Source of the DNA: Lama guanicoe
Taxonomy: Eukaryota
Reading direction: 5' to 3'
Length of the DNA stretch: 64,000 nt
NCBI GenBank assembly: GCA_013239625.1
Contig: MU056960.1
Coordinates: 13,898,311-13,962,310, forward strand
The translations under genes were made by a program, and so were the position numbers. Shown here in pieces: positions 13,186 through 26,018 of the stretch. Positions within the stretch are counted from its first letter, which is position 1. Every line of letters starts with the position of its first letter. Under the pieces are notes generated by a model. It saw only the letters and a list, made by a program, of their open reading frames with translations, was not told where the DNA came from and did not search any database.

Positions 13186-16100
13186 CCCTCGTTATTTTTT
13201 ATTTGTGTCTCCGTCTTGCATGTTTGTTGAGTCAAATTTTCCATGGGTAAGGGGGTGCAGAAGGAGGCATGAAGCTCTGCGGTCTAAACTGCCTCTTGCT
13301 TCAGGGCCTCCGGGCTAGAGGCTACAGTACTAAAGGATTCCTTTCAGTTGGGGCCAGTGATGCTCTGATAAAGCTCGACCACAGGATGTGGAATCGTCGG
13401 GCTGTGTGCTCACACCCCAGGCCTTGGAGGCTGGACCAGCTGAGGCCTTTCTGGGCGGGGAGGCAGCAAAGCCCTGAACCCAGACCACAGGCTGGCAACA
13501 CTTTTGCATCCCCAGTGCCCTTCTCTCCCTGCTTCACCCCCGCCACCTCCATGCCAAATATCTGGCCTCCCCTCCACGGCTACTTGTCCCTCCCTTCCTA
13601 GGAGGCTGAGAGTCTCAAAAGCCAGCATCCCAGCATTCCAGACACTTGGAATTATAGGGCGTGAGTGCAGTGCTAGAAGGCTGTCTAACACAGCTCTGGT
13701 TTCCTTGCGAGAATAGCCTCTGCCGTCTTCCTGAAGGTAAGCAGCCCTGCCGGTTGGGATCCCCCTGAGATGGGGAGCTCACTACCACAATGACTTGAGC
13801 CTGCCATGTGCTTTCATTCATTAGGGTCCCACTTTCCCAGTGAGGTCAGAAGGGTAGTGTTCCCCACTGAGGGAGAACCAGTCCAGGCCACCGCTGGCCA
13901 GTTCCCACAGCTTGAATGTTCCCTCAACCCAGACCTGCCTCCCTCCCCAGCTACCCCATGGCGGGTCTCTGCGCCAGCAGCTTCGTGCCCCAAGGTTGTC
14001 TTTCCTGTGCGCCAGCCCCAGTTCCCTCGGACCACCTGCTTTTTCAGGATCTCTTTTCTGAGGCTGAGGCCTCTGGGGAGACATCTAAGCCCCATTCTGC
14101 CAAGCACAGCTATTGGCAGAGAAGGGAGTAAAAGAGGGGCACATTGCGTGAGGTGTGCTCCATAATGGGGACTCTGTGCAGTCCCCTTGACAGCTGGCGA
14201 CTGGTCACCCTGCAGCACCCTAACACCCTGGGAGGGGGTGGACAGGCAGGCAACACTGGGGGCCCTAGAGGCTCTTTCAAGCAATGCCAAGAAGCTGCTG
14301 GGTGAGTTGGTGCAGAGTGACAGCTGTCACCACTCCTGGCAGGGGGTATGTGTCTACATTGTGTCAAAGCTCAGCTATTCCCAAGGCAGCCCCCAGGAGA
14401 AGCTCTCTGAGCTGTGTTATCCAGAAGGGAAGAAGGAGCCCTCTGCACGCAGGGCCCCCGCCTCAAGGAACCCAGGCAGCGCGAGCTTTGGCCCCAGCAG
14501 GGCCTGGGGTGAGGCAGGATAACCACAGGGCTCCGGCCCTCCAGATGTGCAGCCGGCATTCCGCCATGGAGACAGGGCGGAGCAGCAGCCAGGGGCCCAG
14601 ATGGGCTGCATTAACCTGGGAGCAGGCTCTTTGGGACCCAGATGCTCTGTGTTTAGCCGGCTAGCCGGCTTTCGGCTCCAGATGTGGGCCTGGGCTTGGG
14701 GCAGGACACAGCTCCAGATGTGTATGTCCTGAGCAAGAGGGCTATGGGGGCCTAGGTCTTTGGGGGCTGGGCCAAGGGGCCTCCCTACTCACACCCTCTC
14801 CAGCACCCCCAACCCCAGCCCATGGGCCCCATGGCTGAGAGGACTTCAAGGTTCACAAAAACTCTGACTCAGGAGCCACAGAACCCAGAGGCTCTTGCCT
14901 CGTTTCATAAGCAGGGACAGAGCCCAGGGACCTGCCCAGGGTAGTGCAAGCCCGGGACTGGCTGGACCCCCAAAGGGAGCAAAGTCTGAGGTCCCTCAGA
15001 CCACAGGCAGCTTGGCAGGTGTAGGGGGAAGGCACTTTGTGGCCGGGGGCCTGCCTCTCCCTGCCCCCACACAGACACTCTCAGCCCCACACAATCAAGT
15101 GACCTGGACATCCTTGGCTGAGCAGTGGGAGGAGGCACTGCCCTGACCTTTGAGGCAGGATCCACAGGGTGGGGAACGCAGTCCAGCCCTGGGAGGAGAA
15201 TCTCAGAGGAGGCAGCCTTGACCTGGAGGTCCCACCCCTCAGCCTCCCCCTAGTCCGAGCAGTGCTGTTCCATGTGGGGAGTGGAGGGGCAGGAGCCCAG
15301 CTTGGCAAAGACCTGGGCTGACTGCTGAGCCTCTGACCCTGGGTGCTCGGCCACCAAGCTGAAAAGAGGCGCTTCTGCTCACCGCATGCTCCCCGTATGC
15401 GGGCCGAGTGCAAGCCCCTTACCTGCCACTTAGGTGCCTCACAGCTCCCGGGTGGGGTGCGGTGTCCTCATCTCAGGGATGGCAGCTCCCAGAGGAGACT
15501 GGGCCGGGCCAGGCAGGGCCAGGCAGGGCTGGAGCAGCAGGGAGCAGCCCATGGCCCAGGCTTGATCTCAGACCTGGGGCTCTGCAGGCTGGGGCCTCCA
15601 CATGGTGCCTGGGAAAAGACTTCATAACGGAGCCCAGAGGAGGTGCCCTCCCTGGGCCTGACCCTCCTCCCTCCATGTAGCGCATCTGCTCCTTATGGTG
15701 GGGCAGCCTAGAGGAGCCCAGAGACCCTGCAGCAGCCCCTCCTTGATGTCAGGGGCTCCCCCTCCCCACCCCTCCCAGCAGGCCCTAGACATGTGGCTAA
15801 GAGGGCAAGGATGGAGGCCAAGGGCAGGCCCTCAGGAAAGCCCTTCATCCTCTAAGCTTCAATCCCCATGTCTGCACAGTGGCCCCAGCTCTGGACTCAG
15901 CCAGGACAACATGGCGGCCACAGAGGGCAGAGGTCAGGGGTTAAGCCCACCTGACCACGGCAGCTGCCAGGGGGCCCAGCCTAGAGGGGAGGGGTGAGCA
16001 GACACAGCGCCTCCTGGGCATCCCACGGCCTCCTAACCCTGCCCTGGCAAAGCAGCCCAGAAGAGGGTCAGCAGGACCTGTACAGTCTGGCCTGGGTGGG

Positions 16101-17339
16101 GAGGCTGGCTAGGGGACCCAGCTGAGGAGAGAAACACTAATAGGTTATGTCAGGCGAGCGCTCTGGGGAGGGGGCCGCACCTCTCAGCTCTGGCAGCCCC
16201 ACCTGGCGCCCGTGCCCCAGAGCTGGGGCCTGGAGAGAGATGCTGGCTTGCTTCTGAGTGCAGCATGAGGGCCAGGGAGGGGGCTGCTGGCCCCTGAGCG
16301 GGGAAGCCTCATTTAGCCATGGTAGCCAAGAAGGCAAGACAATGATGAGCCCCCAACCTCTATCGGGCCCCTGTCGGGTGGTAAACAAAGAGACACCCTC
16401 CATGGGCTACAAGTCTGTCTGAGCCTATGTGTAGTTCAACTTGGTGGGGAGCAAAGCCCTGGGACGACCCCCACCCCCAGCCTCAGGAGGGTCCTCTCAC
16501 ATCCCCTCACTTCCTCCTCCACCCCCACCCACAACCCAGGGTTCCAGGATCCCATCGCCGAGTCAGGGGACCCTGATTTCTCATCCGCAGACTCTCACTG
16601 TTCTGCCCAGGGTCTGCCCAGCACTCCCTCATCCTCCGAGATGCACCTTACAGCCCCTAACACCACTGTCCCTCTTGGGGTTGGGGTGGGGTCAGGAGCT
16701 GGGGCACAGGGAGAGGCCTGAAAGTGAGCCCCACTCCCAGGGCTGTGGACTCCGCAGAGGGCTAGGAGCTCAAGGAAGTAGAAGGGGTGCTCGATGCAAA
16801 GGGGGGGTCAATGAAAGGCCAGAGACAGGCCTGGGACTGAGGAGGGGGCCCCTCACAATCATGGCTGGGCAGCCAGGGCCCTGTGTGTCTTGGCCGAGCA
16901 GGACCCCTGGGCCGCCAGGTATGTAACAATTCCAGCCATTTCCTGCCCTATTAATGAGAAAGGGGCTGATATAAATACACGCTCAGCATAAATAAATACA
17001 GGCCAGGCCCCGGACTGCATAGCAGACAGATTGCGTGGAGCTGCTGGCCAGCCCTGCAGCCAGTTCCCCCCACCCTGCCCGCAGCCCTCCCGCCATCGCC
17101 CCCCACTTGTTTTCCTCCAGCAGGCCAGGGCCCCTCCACACTCACAGGCTTGAGACAGATGGACTGACCACCCTCCCTCTCGGCCTCAAAACAAGGACCC
17201 TGTGGCCCCTGGGAAGGCCTGAGGCCGGAGAGAGGGAGATGGGGTTCCCAGTGCCTCCCACACCAGGCCTGGAGTGGGTGCCACTCCTGCACAGACCTGG
17301 TGTCAGCCCTGTGAGGCCCAAGGCTATGGTTGTACCTGA

Positions 17340-17462
17340 TGGCAGGTGGGGAAACTGAGGCTCACGGGGTTAAGGAACTTGCCCAAGGTCACAGAGACAG
17401 AAGGTTGTGGATGCAGGATTCAAACCCGAGGCTCTCTGACCCCAAGGCCTCTGATCTTCCCA
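17340..17462 (-). mobile_element. MIR SINE fragment
   Basis: GGGGAAACTGAGGCTCACGGGGTTAAGGAACTTGCCCAAGGTCACA...GGATTCAAACCC. Confidence 0.7.
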
Positions 17463-18855
17463 CTGCCGGTGAGGAGAAGTCAAGAGCAGATTCACATCCT
17501 CCTCCTTCCTCCCAAGCTCCAGCCCCGCGATGCCAGGGCCCCTGGAAGGCCCAGGGGGACTTATGTTCAGGATCTGGAAGTGTAAGCATCATGGAGCCAG
17601 ATCTCAGCTTGTGTAGGGACTCCATCCAACAGAGCTGCACAGGCCGGCCCCCTCCTCTCCAGCTCGAGACCACCTCCTAGCAGGGGTGTCCAGGAGGCCT
17701 ATCTCCTCTCACAGGATTCTCCCTGCTCAGTGTTGCCCCAACACAGGTGTCAGCCTGTGTCCTAGGACGCAGCCTAGATCTGCCCTGGGCACAGATCAGC
17801 AATGGTGGCTGAGGAAACCCAACTACCGAGAAGGGAGGAGCCTGACAAAGTTCACACAGCGAGGGCCAGATGTGGGGCCTTTCTCTCAGCTGCCGTCCAT
17901 TCCTCTCTTCCAGGCCTCATTCAATTGCCACCTCCTTTAGGAAGGCTTCCAGGCCTGCTCCCAGCCCTCCTCTGCCTTCAAGCCTCTGAAGTCTTCTCTC
18001 ACGATATGTCTTAAGTGGGCACTTAGCCCAGGGCACAGCCACACGAGAGTGCCACCTACAAAGCCCCAGTGTGGAGAGTAGGGGTCTAGGCCTTTAAAAG
18101 TTGCAGACTCATCATCACCAACAGCCAAAGATCTTGGCGCCAACTGTTCGAGGGGCAAGTGGAGCAGGTGGGCATGCCCAGGACAGCAGGGCCCCTAAGC
18201 CCCAGCTGGTCCCCTAGCTCCACACTACCCCTGGTCCAGGGCCCTGGCTAGGCCCTCTCCCTCTGGCAGGCTGGGCCCATGACCTATTTGCCCCCAGCTC
18301 CTGCTCCAGCCCTGGTCCCTTCTGCCTGTGCTCACTCTAGCCTTATAAGGTCTCAGCCCCAGACCTGCAGGGATGAGCAGGAGGGGTGGAAGTATAGCAC
18401 GTGAAGGGTCAGAGAGGAGCTCCCCAGGGCCAGGGTCCCCTCCAACCTGCACCCCTCCATCCCCTCCCCAGGCAGTTCTTCCAAGGCCCACCCCATACCA
18501 TGCTTCAGAGCTACTTCGTTGGAAATACTGAAAGCAGAAGCTGACCCAGAAGACCTCAACGCAGCCATCAGAAAGGACAAGGCATCCATGTGGACTGACT
18601 TGGAAATGGGTGGGAAGCATATTGTCAAATTCAAAATGCAATTTGCCTAGCGATACATATCTGTAGCGTATAATCAGAAATCCCTCAGCACAATCTACTG
18701 GTGTACTGAGTGCAGCCACTCAGGTTTGCATGTATGTAAAGAATCGTGGCTGGAAGGGTATGCCACACACAGCTGACCCTGTTTCTCTCAAGTTTAGAAC
18801 CAGAAAAGAAGGAAACATTTCTACCTATGTATTTTTTGGTAATTAAAAAAAATTG

Positions 18856-19248
18856 GGGGGTGAGAAGGGATAAACTGGGAGTTCAAGATTTGCGAACACT
18901 AACAACTATACGTAAAATAGATTTAAAAAAACAAATTTCTTCTGTAGAGCACAGGGAACTATATTTACTATCTTGTAGTAACCTATAATGAAAAAGAATA
19001 TGAAGGGGGAAGGGTGTGGCTCAACAGGTAGAGTGCATGCTTAGCATGCACATGGTCCTGGGTTCAATCCCTAGTACCTCCTCTAAAAATAAATAGACCT
19101 AATTACCTCCCCCCAAACAAAAAAATAAATAAATATAAAGTATTTTTTAAAAAAGAAAAAGAATATGAAAATGAATATATGTATGACTGAAACATTATGC
19201 TGTACACCAGAAATTGATACACTGTAACTGACTATATTTCAATTAAAG
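18856..19248 (+). mobile_element. L1 3'-end fragment (interrupted by SINE)
   Basis: GGGATAAACTGGGAGTT...CTGTAGAGCACAGGGAACTATATT...ATGACTGAAACATTATGCTGTACACCAGAAA, typical of an artiodactyl L1 3' UTR. Confidence 0.75.
19005..19154 (+). mobile_element. tRNA-derived SINE (camelid Vic-1-like)
   Basis: GGGGGAAGGGTGTGGCTCAACAGGTAGAGTGCATGCTTAGCATGCA...GGGTTCAATCCC with A/B boxes and an A-rich tail. 15-bp TSD GAAAAAGAATATGAA at 18990-19004 and 19155-19169. Inserted in an L1 3' fragment. Confidence 0.9.
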
Positions 19249-20154
19249 AATAATTTTTTTTTTTTTAGTAGAAGGAAAAAATACCGACTTTCTGCCCAGG
19301 GCTGTGCGAGACTTGTCCCTGGTCGCAGCCTCCAGCCTAGCCCTCAGCTCCATCTTGGCTCCTGTCCTCTCTCCCTGTGCGCAGGTACTTGCCATCCACC
19401 CCCTCCCCTCTTGGCCTTTGAGGCTCTTCTCCATCGGCTCCCTCCCAATAGCCCAGGCCCCACGAGCCCCATCCCAGCTTGGTCCCTGGCAGCTCAAGGG
19501 CCATCCAGCTCCACAGGCCTGCTCTGGGGCCTCCTTCCCACTGCCCCAGCCCCTACCTTCAACAGCAGGCCAACTTCACACACTTCTGCACTCAGCTTTC
19601 CCTGTATGCTCTGTGTGCGTTCTGGAATCTGCGTTGTGTCTACCCCTTTGCCAGGGCCTTGCAGGGCCTTCCTCAGCAGGTGTTCTGCCTAGTCGGCCAG
19701 ATGGAAGCCCTTCAGACATCTCCCCGCAACATTTCCACTTCTAGAGAAACTCTCAGGTTTGGGCCAAGTCCTCAGACTTGGAAGAAGGGCCTGGAAGTTC
19801 ACCCCATACCCACCCTGGGCCATCTGCAGGCTTATATGAGAGGCAGGGCAGGAATCCGGGCCTAACTTCCCTTTGGAACCCGAATTGAGAAGGAAAAAGC
19901 AGGGCAGAGCTCTCTGGAATGTCTTCCCGTGCTCACACCACCCTCTAGATGGGAATGAGTAAGGGGTGATCACTGACTCCCAAGAAACCATCCCTTCCCC
20001 TCTGCTCACAGATTCCCTCACCTAAGGGTGGAGTCTACGGGAATCTGACCCATGCAGCTTGAGCTTGCGTGGCTACGTCAGCCCCCCCATCAGCAGGACC
20101 TGGGCAGCAGGGCTGAGTAATGAAACACTGCGTGTTTCCCTCTCCCTAGAGGAG

Positions 20155-20310
20155 ATGGATCTGTGGGTGGATTTGTGGGTGAGTGGGGGGGTGGGGGTGG
20201 ATGGATAGGTAGGTGGGTAGACAGGCTAAGGGATGGCTAGGAGGATGGGTGGATGGATGGATGGATGAGTGGGAAAATGAGTGGCCAAGTGTGTGAGTGG
20301 ATGGATGGGC
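20155..20310. repeat. Degenerate (GGAT)n/(GGGT)n simple repeat
   Basis: GGATGGATGGATGGATG core with degenerate flanks. Confidence 0.8.
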
Positions 20311-20820
20311 TAGTTGCAGACTGGCTCAGGAATAATAACTTCTCAAAGGAATTTTTTAAATCTCTGAAATGTGAGGCCCTGGCACCCTCCAGAGGCCAGA
20401 GTCTCTAACTACCCATAGCCCCTAAAGCGCTGGGCATCAACAATCTTGAGAACCAGGGGCCTGGACCAAGATAAAGTTAGGAGTTTTAGGAAACAAAACA
20501 GGTAGGGCCCAGTGCTGGCTCCTCCCCTGACTCACTCCCAGGACTTGGGAATGTTCAACCTTCTGAGGCTCAGTTTTCTAGTCAGAGAAATGGAGCTGAT
20601 TGAACCTGATGCCTGTGTTGCTACAAAACAAAATTACGTGTGTCAAGTGTCTGAGATGGTTACTTGGCACGTATGAGGTGATCATAGAATGTGGTTTCCT
20701 TCCCAGAGGCAGCCCTAGGGCAGGCGTGCACGCACTCACGTCTCTCCCGCCCAGTACAGAAGAGGGACGGAGAGTGAGCCCCTAGCCCAGACCAGACAGG
20801 AGAGGCAGGAGGGGATACAT

Positions 20821-23213
20821 TTATTCTCCAGGGTTCCCAGGCTCTGGCAGAACTGGCCCAGCCTTGGGAGCCCAGGGCTCAGGGAGTGGCGACTCAGACC
20901 AGAGCCCCGAGGCCTCCTGGGGCTCGGCCTCCTGGGCCTGGGCCAGCTGGGCTGTGTGCTCAAAGGCAGCCTGCAGCAGGTGGGAGGCCAGGCAGGTGGT
21001 CCAGGTGACGAGGTAGGCCACGTGCCAGGAGGTGCGCGCGGTTGTGCTCTCCGCCCGCCGGTACAGACGCTTCAGCAGCGCCAGTAAGTCCAGCACCACG
21101 CGGTTCTCCAGCAGAGCCTGGAGGGGGCAGCGGACGGGCAGGGGGCCACCCGGAGCGCACAGGCTGCACCCCGAGGCCGCCGGCCCCCACCCAGCCTTGG
21201 CCCCGCCCAGCGCCCCCGGCCTGCCCTCCCCAGCCCGGCCCTCACCTGACCCGCCCACCTTCCTGAGCAGCCAGCCCAGGCCGCCCACCTTCCGGCACAG
21301 TCTCCAGACCAGCAGCAGCAGGATCAGGGCCACCAGCATCAGGCCGTGCAGACACGACAGCAGCAGGTCCGTCCAGGCAGCCGCCGACAGGCCCAGCCGC
21401 TGCGGGGCCAGGCCCGAGGCCCGGGCACAGCTGCGCATGCCCGCCCACGCCAGCCTGGGCGCCCGCAGCACCAGCCACACGGGCACCTCCATCAGGGCCA
21501 GCCCAGCGCGTAGGACCCGCCCCACGGGGCAGGCTGCAAGCTCGGGGGGCGGGCGGGACCCCCGGGCCTCCTGGGTCAGCCCCGACAGCCAGTGGTTGAA
21601 GAGGATGATCTTAAGGAGCAGGAAATGGTAGAGGTGGGCTCGGTTCTGAAAGAGCTGCAGGAGGAGCAAGACAGTCATCACCCACTGCCCCTCCTTTGGG
21701 GCAAGAACCCTACCTGTCCCGAGTTTTTGGTTTTCTATTTTATTTTATTTTACTTTAATTATCCCAAGGTTTATCATAGGGATGGGGCTGCCAGACCACC
21801 TTGGGCCGGGCCCTCCCCTTCTCAGGGCCTCAGTTTCCCCCCCCACACGAGTGATCCAGTCTTGGGAGGGAGCCTTAGAATGTATTTCATATTATGTTAG
21901 ATGTTCTCTCCTTTGGATTTAAATGATTATTTACAAACCTCCAGGCTCAAGGAGGTGGATTTATTATCATTATCATCTTCATCCTCATTATTCTTATATA
22001 AGGAACGACCATCCCCCTCAGTCCTCTAATCCTGCAGGATTTGAACCCAGGGCATCTCCCTCTCCCAGGCGGCTGGGATTCCTTCATACTCGTTGTCTCC
22101 TGCTGTCATGAGGGCAGCTGGGGGCAAAGGGCAGGGCCGCTAGGGGTAGGGACATGTGAGGCACGGGGGGCAGTGACAGAATTAACGACTGACTGAGTGT
22201 GAGGGGTGAAGGGGGTACCCAGGAAGATGTCCAGATTCCTGCCCTGGGCGACAGGGTAGATATGTTTCCCATCCCCCGGGGGAAAGAGTGGGTTCCGATG
22301 GGGAATGAGGCTGTAAATGAGAAAGATTCACTTGAGTTCTGGGGCTAAACAGCCCCTCATCAGAGCCCTAAAGCCTCCTGCCCCTAAGCATTGCCACCCC
22401 ACCAATCTGGACCCCGACTGTCCCTGTCACAGGACCACCTGGAGCCCTAGGAGGCAGTGTGGGAGGCAGCCATCAGGGCTGGTTGTGTGCCCCACCGTGG
22501 GCAGAATCACGGTGGAGCCTTGCTGGGAGAGGTAGGGAGTCCAGGGGTCTAGCTAGGAGAGGAATAAAGATGGAAGCAGGAAAAGATATGATAATTTTTT
22601 TTTAAAAAGCTGGAAGCAGGAAACAGGAGCTGCACCCACTCCTTAGCTCATAATATTGGAACCCGGAAGGAGAGAAACCTACTATAACTCACATGATCCT
22701 ATGAGATCGGTTATAGGAGCAGAAACAGACTCAGAGAGGTGGCGTAATTTGTGTAAAGTTACACAGCTAAAGAGTGGAGCAGTCAGGATTCCAGTCCAAC
22801 TGTGTCTGTCTCTCTACCGCACTGGGTGAGCTCCCCTTTCCCGGCCACGGGAGCAGACCCAGGGGACCTTCTTCTGATAACTCAGCCCACTGAGGAGTTG
22901 TAATGTGGAGACATGGCCCCGGTGGTCAGTATTTGCCTGTTTAAAAAAGACGGATGGGAGGGGCCATGCTTAACCCACAGAACTAACCCTTTACAGAGAA
23001 AATTCCAGCACTGTGGCTTGTGGATGGGGCTTCTGAGAGCTGTCAGATTAGTCCAGCTTGTTCCACCAGCAGGGACAGGTTGGTGGGGGTCCAGCAGCTC
23101 TGAGGCGGCCCCTGCCTCTCAGCCCCCTGACCCCCACTCACCAGTGTGGAGAGCCTCACCACCACCAGCAGAGTCCCCGAGAGGCTGGATCTGATCGGAG
23201 GGATGGCCTCCAT
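20821..23213 (-). CDS. TMEM270: Transmembrane protein 270 (WBSCR28), 3 coding exons: 23213-23142, 21654-21259, 21117-20821; 254 aa
   Basis: Exon 1 MEAIPPIRSSLSGTLLVVVRLSTL ends at a CTG|GTGAGT donor. Exon 2 starts after CTGCAG with LFQNRAHLYHFLLLKIILFNHW and ends at LLRK|GTGGGC. Exon 3 starts after CTCCAG with ALLENRVV...AYLVTWTTCLASHLLQAAFEHTAQLAQAQE...PGE*. All junctions are phase 0. Matches recalled human WBSCR28 and is syntenic with METTL27 and CLDN4. Confidence 0.93.
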
Positions 23214-23300
23214 GTCTGGCCCTCTTACCTCTCCTCCAGTTAGGAAAGACAGGGTGACCTCACAGATACCACAGGGTGGGGGCCAAGTTACCGTGGGGAC
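23214..23300 (-). promoter_or_regulatory. TMEM270: Putative TMEM270 proximal promoter (germ-cell-type motifs)
   Basis: X-box-like GTTACCGTGGGGAC (23287-23300), CRE variant TGAGGTCA (23262-23255), and MYB-type TAACTG (23242-23237), all within 90 bp of the ATG. Confidence 0.45.
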
Positions 23301-26018
23301 CAAATTGCCACAAAAGGCTCCCCTTCACCTGCTCCCCGCCCCATCACTGCACAAAAACTGAGGTTTTGGTCCTCCACCGCCTGTCCACTTCCTTGTCGGA
23401 GCCTGCTCCAGGGGCCATCGACTCCATGAACCTCTGGCCGGTCCAGCACAGGCAGCTGCAGCAGCTTGAGGATGCTGTACCTTCCCACGTCCTTCCACAT
23501 CCCGAAGGATCAAAGCCCTAGGAAATAGACATTTTACCTCCAGGGCCTCAGGTGACAGAATGTTCAGAGGCAGAAGGAAACTTCAGCTGCCCAAGTCTGG
23601 AAGCTCCTATCTAAACCCCCCATTCTTTCTTCTCACATTTTGCTAAAGGTTGGTCCCTAGTCACAAAGCAGAGCAGTGCGGCTGTGACCTTGATGCTCAG
23701 ATCTTCGAGATGTGTCCATGGGGTCTGAGGCTGGGTTAGAGGACGCAGGGGAAAGGAAACATGCTGATCTAAAGGGCTCAGAGTGTCCTGGAAAGAGGCA
23801 TTCCCTGAGGAAAAGAGGGCAATTTGTTGAGCAAGATCCCTCAGGGCCACAGGCTGCCTGGAGCATCCCAGAGAGGTTTCTGAAGCCAAGGACCAGAGTC
23901 AAAGGCTTAGAATTCTGGGAGAACCCAGACACTTGATCACAACATGTCCTCCACTGGCTTTCTTGTCTGGGTCCCCGCAGATGTCCCCAAGGGCCTGCAG
24001 GATGAGGCTCTCAAGCCTTCTAGAAATTTTTTAAAAACACGTCCTCTGGTGGACAGGGTCGTGTGAGCGCAGGGCCCTGTGAGCAGAGGGCCTCTCTGCT
24101 GGACCCGCCCTTGCGCACAGCATGATTTCAGTCTCACTGGCTCCCTCAGCAAGGACCCTTCTGCAGGATACAACCTGCCCAGCTGTACATGGCAACTTGC
24201 CATAATGAATCCCTGAAAGGGCAAAGGAGACCTTCGCCCAGGGCAAGTCCTGTTCACCCATTTGTTTCCGCCTCCAGAACAACAGCTAGGGTCTGGAGGG
24301 TGCAACGAACAAAGTGCCTCCACTCTGCCTTCAGCTGTTGCCCTTCCCCCACCTGCCCTCTATTCTCCGACACTATGGCCCTGAGGGGTCGCTGGGGCTT
24401 CAGACAGGCCTCCTTGAGCTAAGTTTTGAAGGATGTTTCCAGAGGAGTTTTCCAGAGAAAGTGTGAAGGATGGTCCCGGCAGGGGGAACAGCAGGAGTCC
24501 AACAATTTGGTATCACTAGAGCATACAGTGGGACAAGGGAGGGGCACAAGGCAGGCGGTGAGGTTGGCAAGGGCTACACGGGTCATGGAATATTCCATCA
24601 AATGATAGGAGCCCCTGAAGAGCCGACGCAGCAAGGCACTGGAGACTGACCATTGGGGGATTTACAGCGGTCCCTCCAGCTGCATAAGGAGGCTAGACTA
24701 GGGCAGAGAAGGGTCTTGGGGGGAAGGGGAGAAGCAACAGGAACCCACAATAGTAAAGCCTCCAGGCACAAGGTGATGGAGCCTGGAGTGGGGTTGTGGC
24801 ACTGGGGATAGAGAGAAGTGGGCAGATGCCAGAAGTGCCTAGAAGGTGGACCTGACAGGGTTAGAAGCTGTCAAGAATGGTGAAAGGTCCAAGAGGTACC
24901 CTACTTGCCAGCTAACTGATCAACCTGCTGGAGTGTCTCGGATGCTAGTGGAAGGCACGAGACTCCTGGGTCAGAAAGGACGGACAAAGCATCCCTCACA
25001 GCACTGGCAGTAATAAACCAGACTGTAAGTATTTGCCTTGGTTCTTTGAGTCCCAGATCCCACAGGGTGACATGAAATGGGGCACATGGTACCTGCACAC
25101 CAAGGGGGTGTATTATGGAAAAGAAACCCTGAATTTAGGGAACCCAAATCTTTTATGAAGGGCAGTAGGCAAGTCTGCCTTTTGCTCCTGAGAGAGACAT
25201 GATCGTGCTGGACCATGCCTGGGCTTTGCATGAGAAGTTGAGTATTCCAAGGTTGCCCCAGGCATCTTGGAAAAGATCACCCAGAGCAAAAAGCAATCAA
25301 TTCCTGTGCGGAAACACGGGAGACCCATGGGGAACTGTTTCCCAACAGAGGACTGAGGGAAGACAAGTAAAGCGAGGCAGGGGTCAAGGATACCTCATTT
25401 GCTTGGAAACCCCAGCCCTTGCTTGTGTCCCCAGATTCCATGTTGGGAGCGGCTGCTGGTTTAGTCTGTAGCTCCCCATTTGTTTGGAATCCTTCCTCAG
25501 ATTCCACATTGGGACCTGCTGTGACCACTGAAGTTCCTCATTTGTTTGGAATCAGTCTGTCATCTTCATTTGTTGAGGTCTGCTGGTTCAGTGCTTTTTC
25601 CCAGAGTTCTGTGGGAATTGTTGGTGGTTACCAGCTGGCATCGGTCTGGGTCAAGTAAAGGCTGTTGCTAACAGAGCTCTCAGAAGCCAAGAAGTTGCAA
25701 AATTGGTACAAACACTGGAGACACCAAATTGGCTAGGAAGAGACGTAGCTAACATCAGTGGAGACTGCTTCCACTCAAGATGCTGAATCGAGATTTCATA
25801 CTTTAACTCAGCATAAAACGCTCTCTCCTTCCCTTTCTTTCCTGTATGCTGGCATTGGCCCAGAAAGATAAAGCCATCACCCATATCTCCCAGGCCATTG
25901 CTAGGAGGGTAACCTCTGGAATTTAGAACAACTTTTTACTTCAGGCTAGAAGATTCTCACCCCATATGCACTAAGAACCTGACTGACCTCTGACTTAGCA
26001 GTAAATACTATGAGAGTT

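Noticed and set aside
21032-21631. 199-aa plus-strand ORF antisense to TMEM270
   Set aside because: It is a GC-rich shadow of exons 2-3 and gives a low-complexity Arg/Ser/Pro/Ala translation.
20821-21681. The 286-aa single-exon ORF as the real TMEM270 CDS
   Set aside because: It starts in intron 1 and reads through intron 2. The true N-terminus is exon 1 at 23213-23142.
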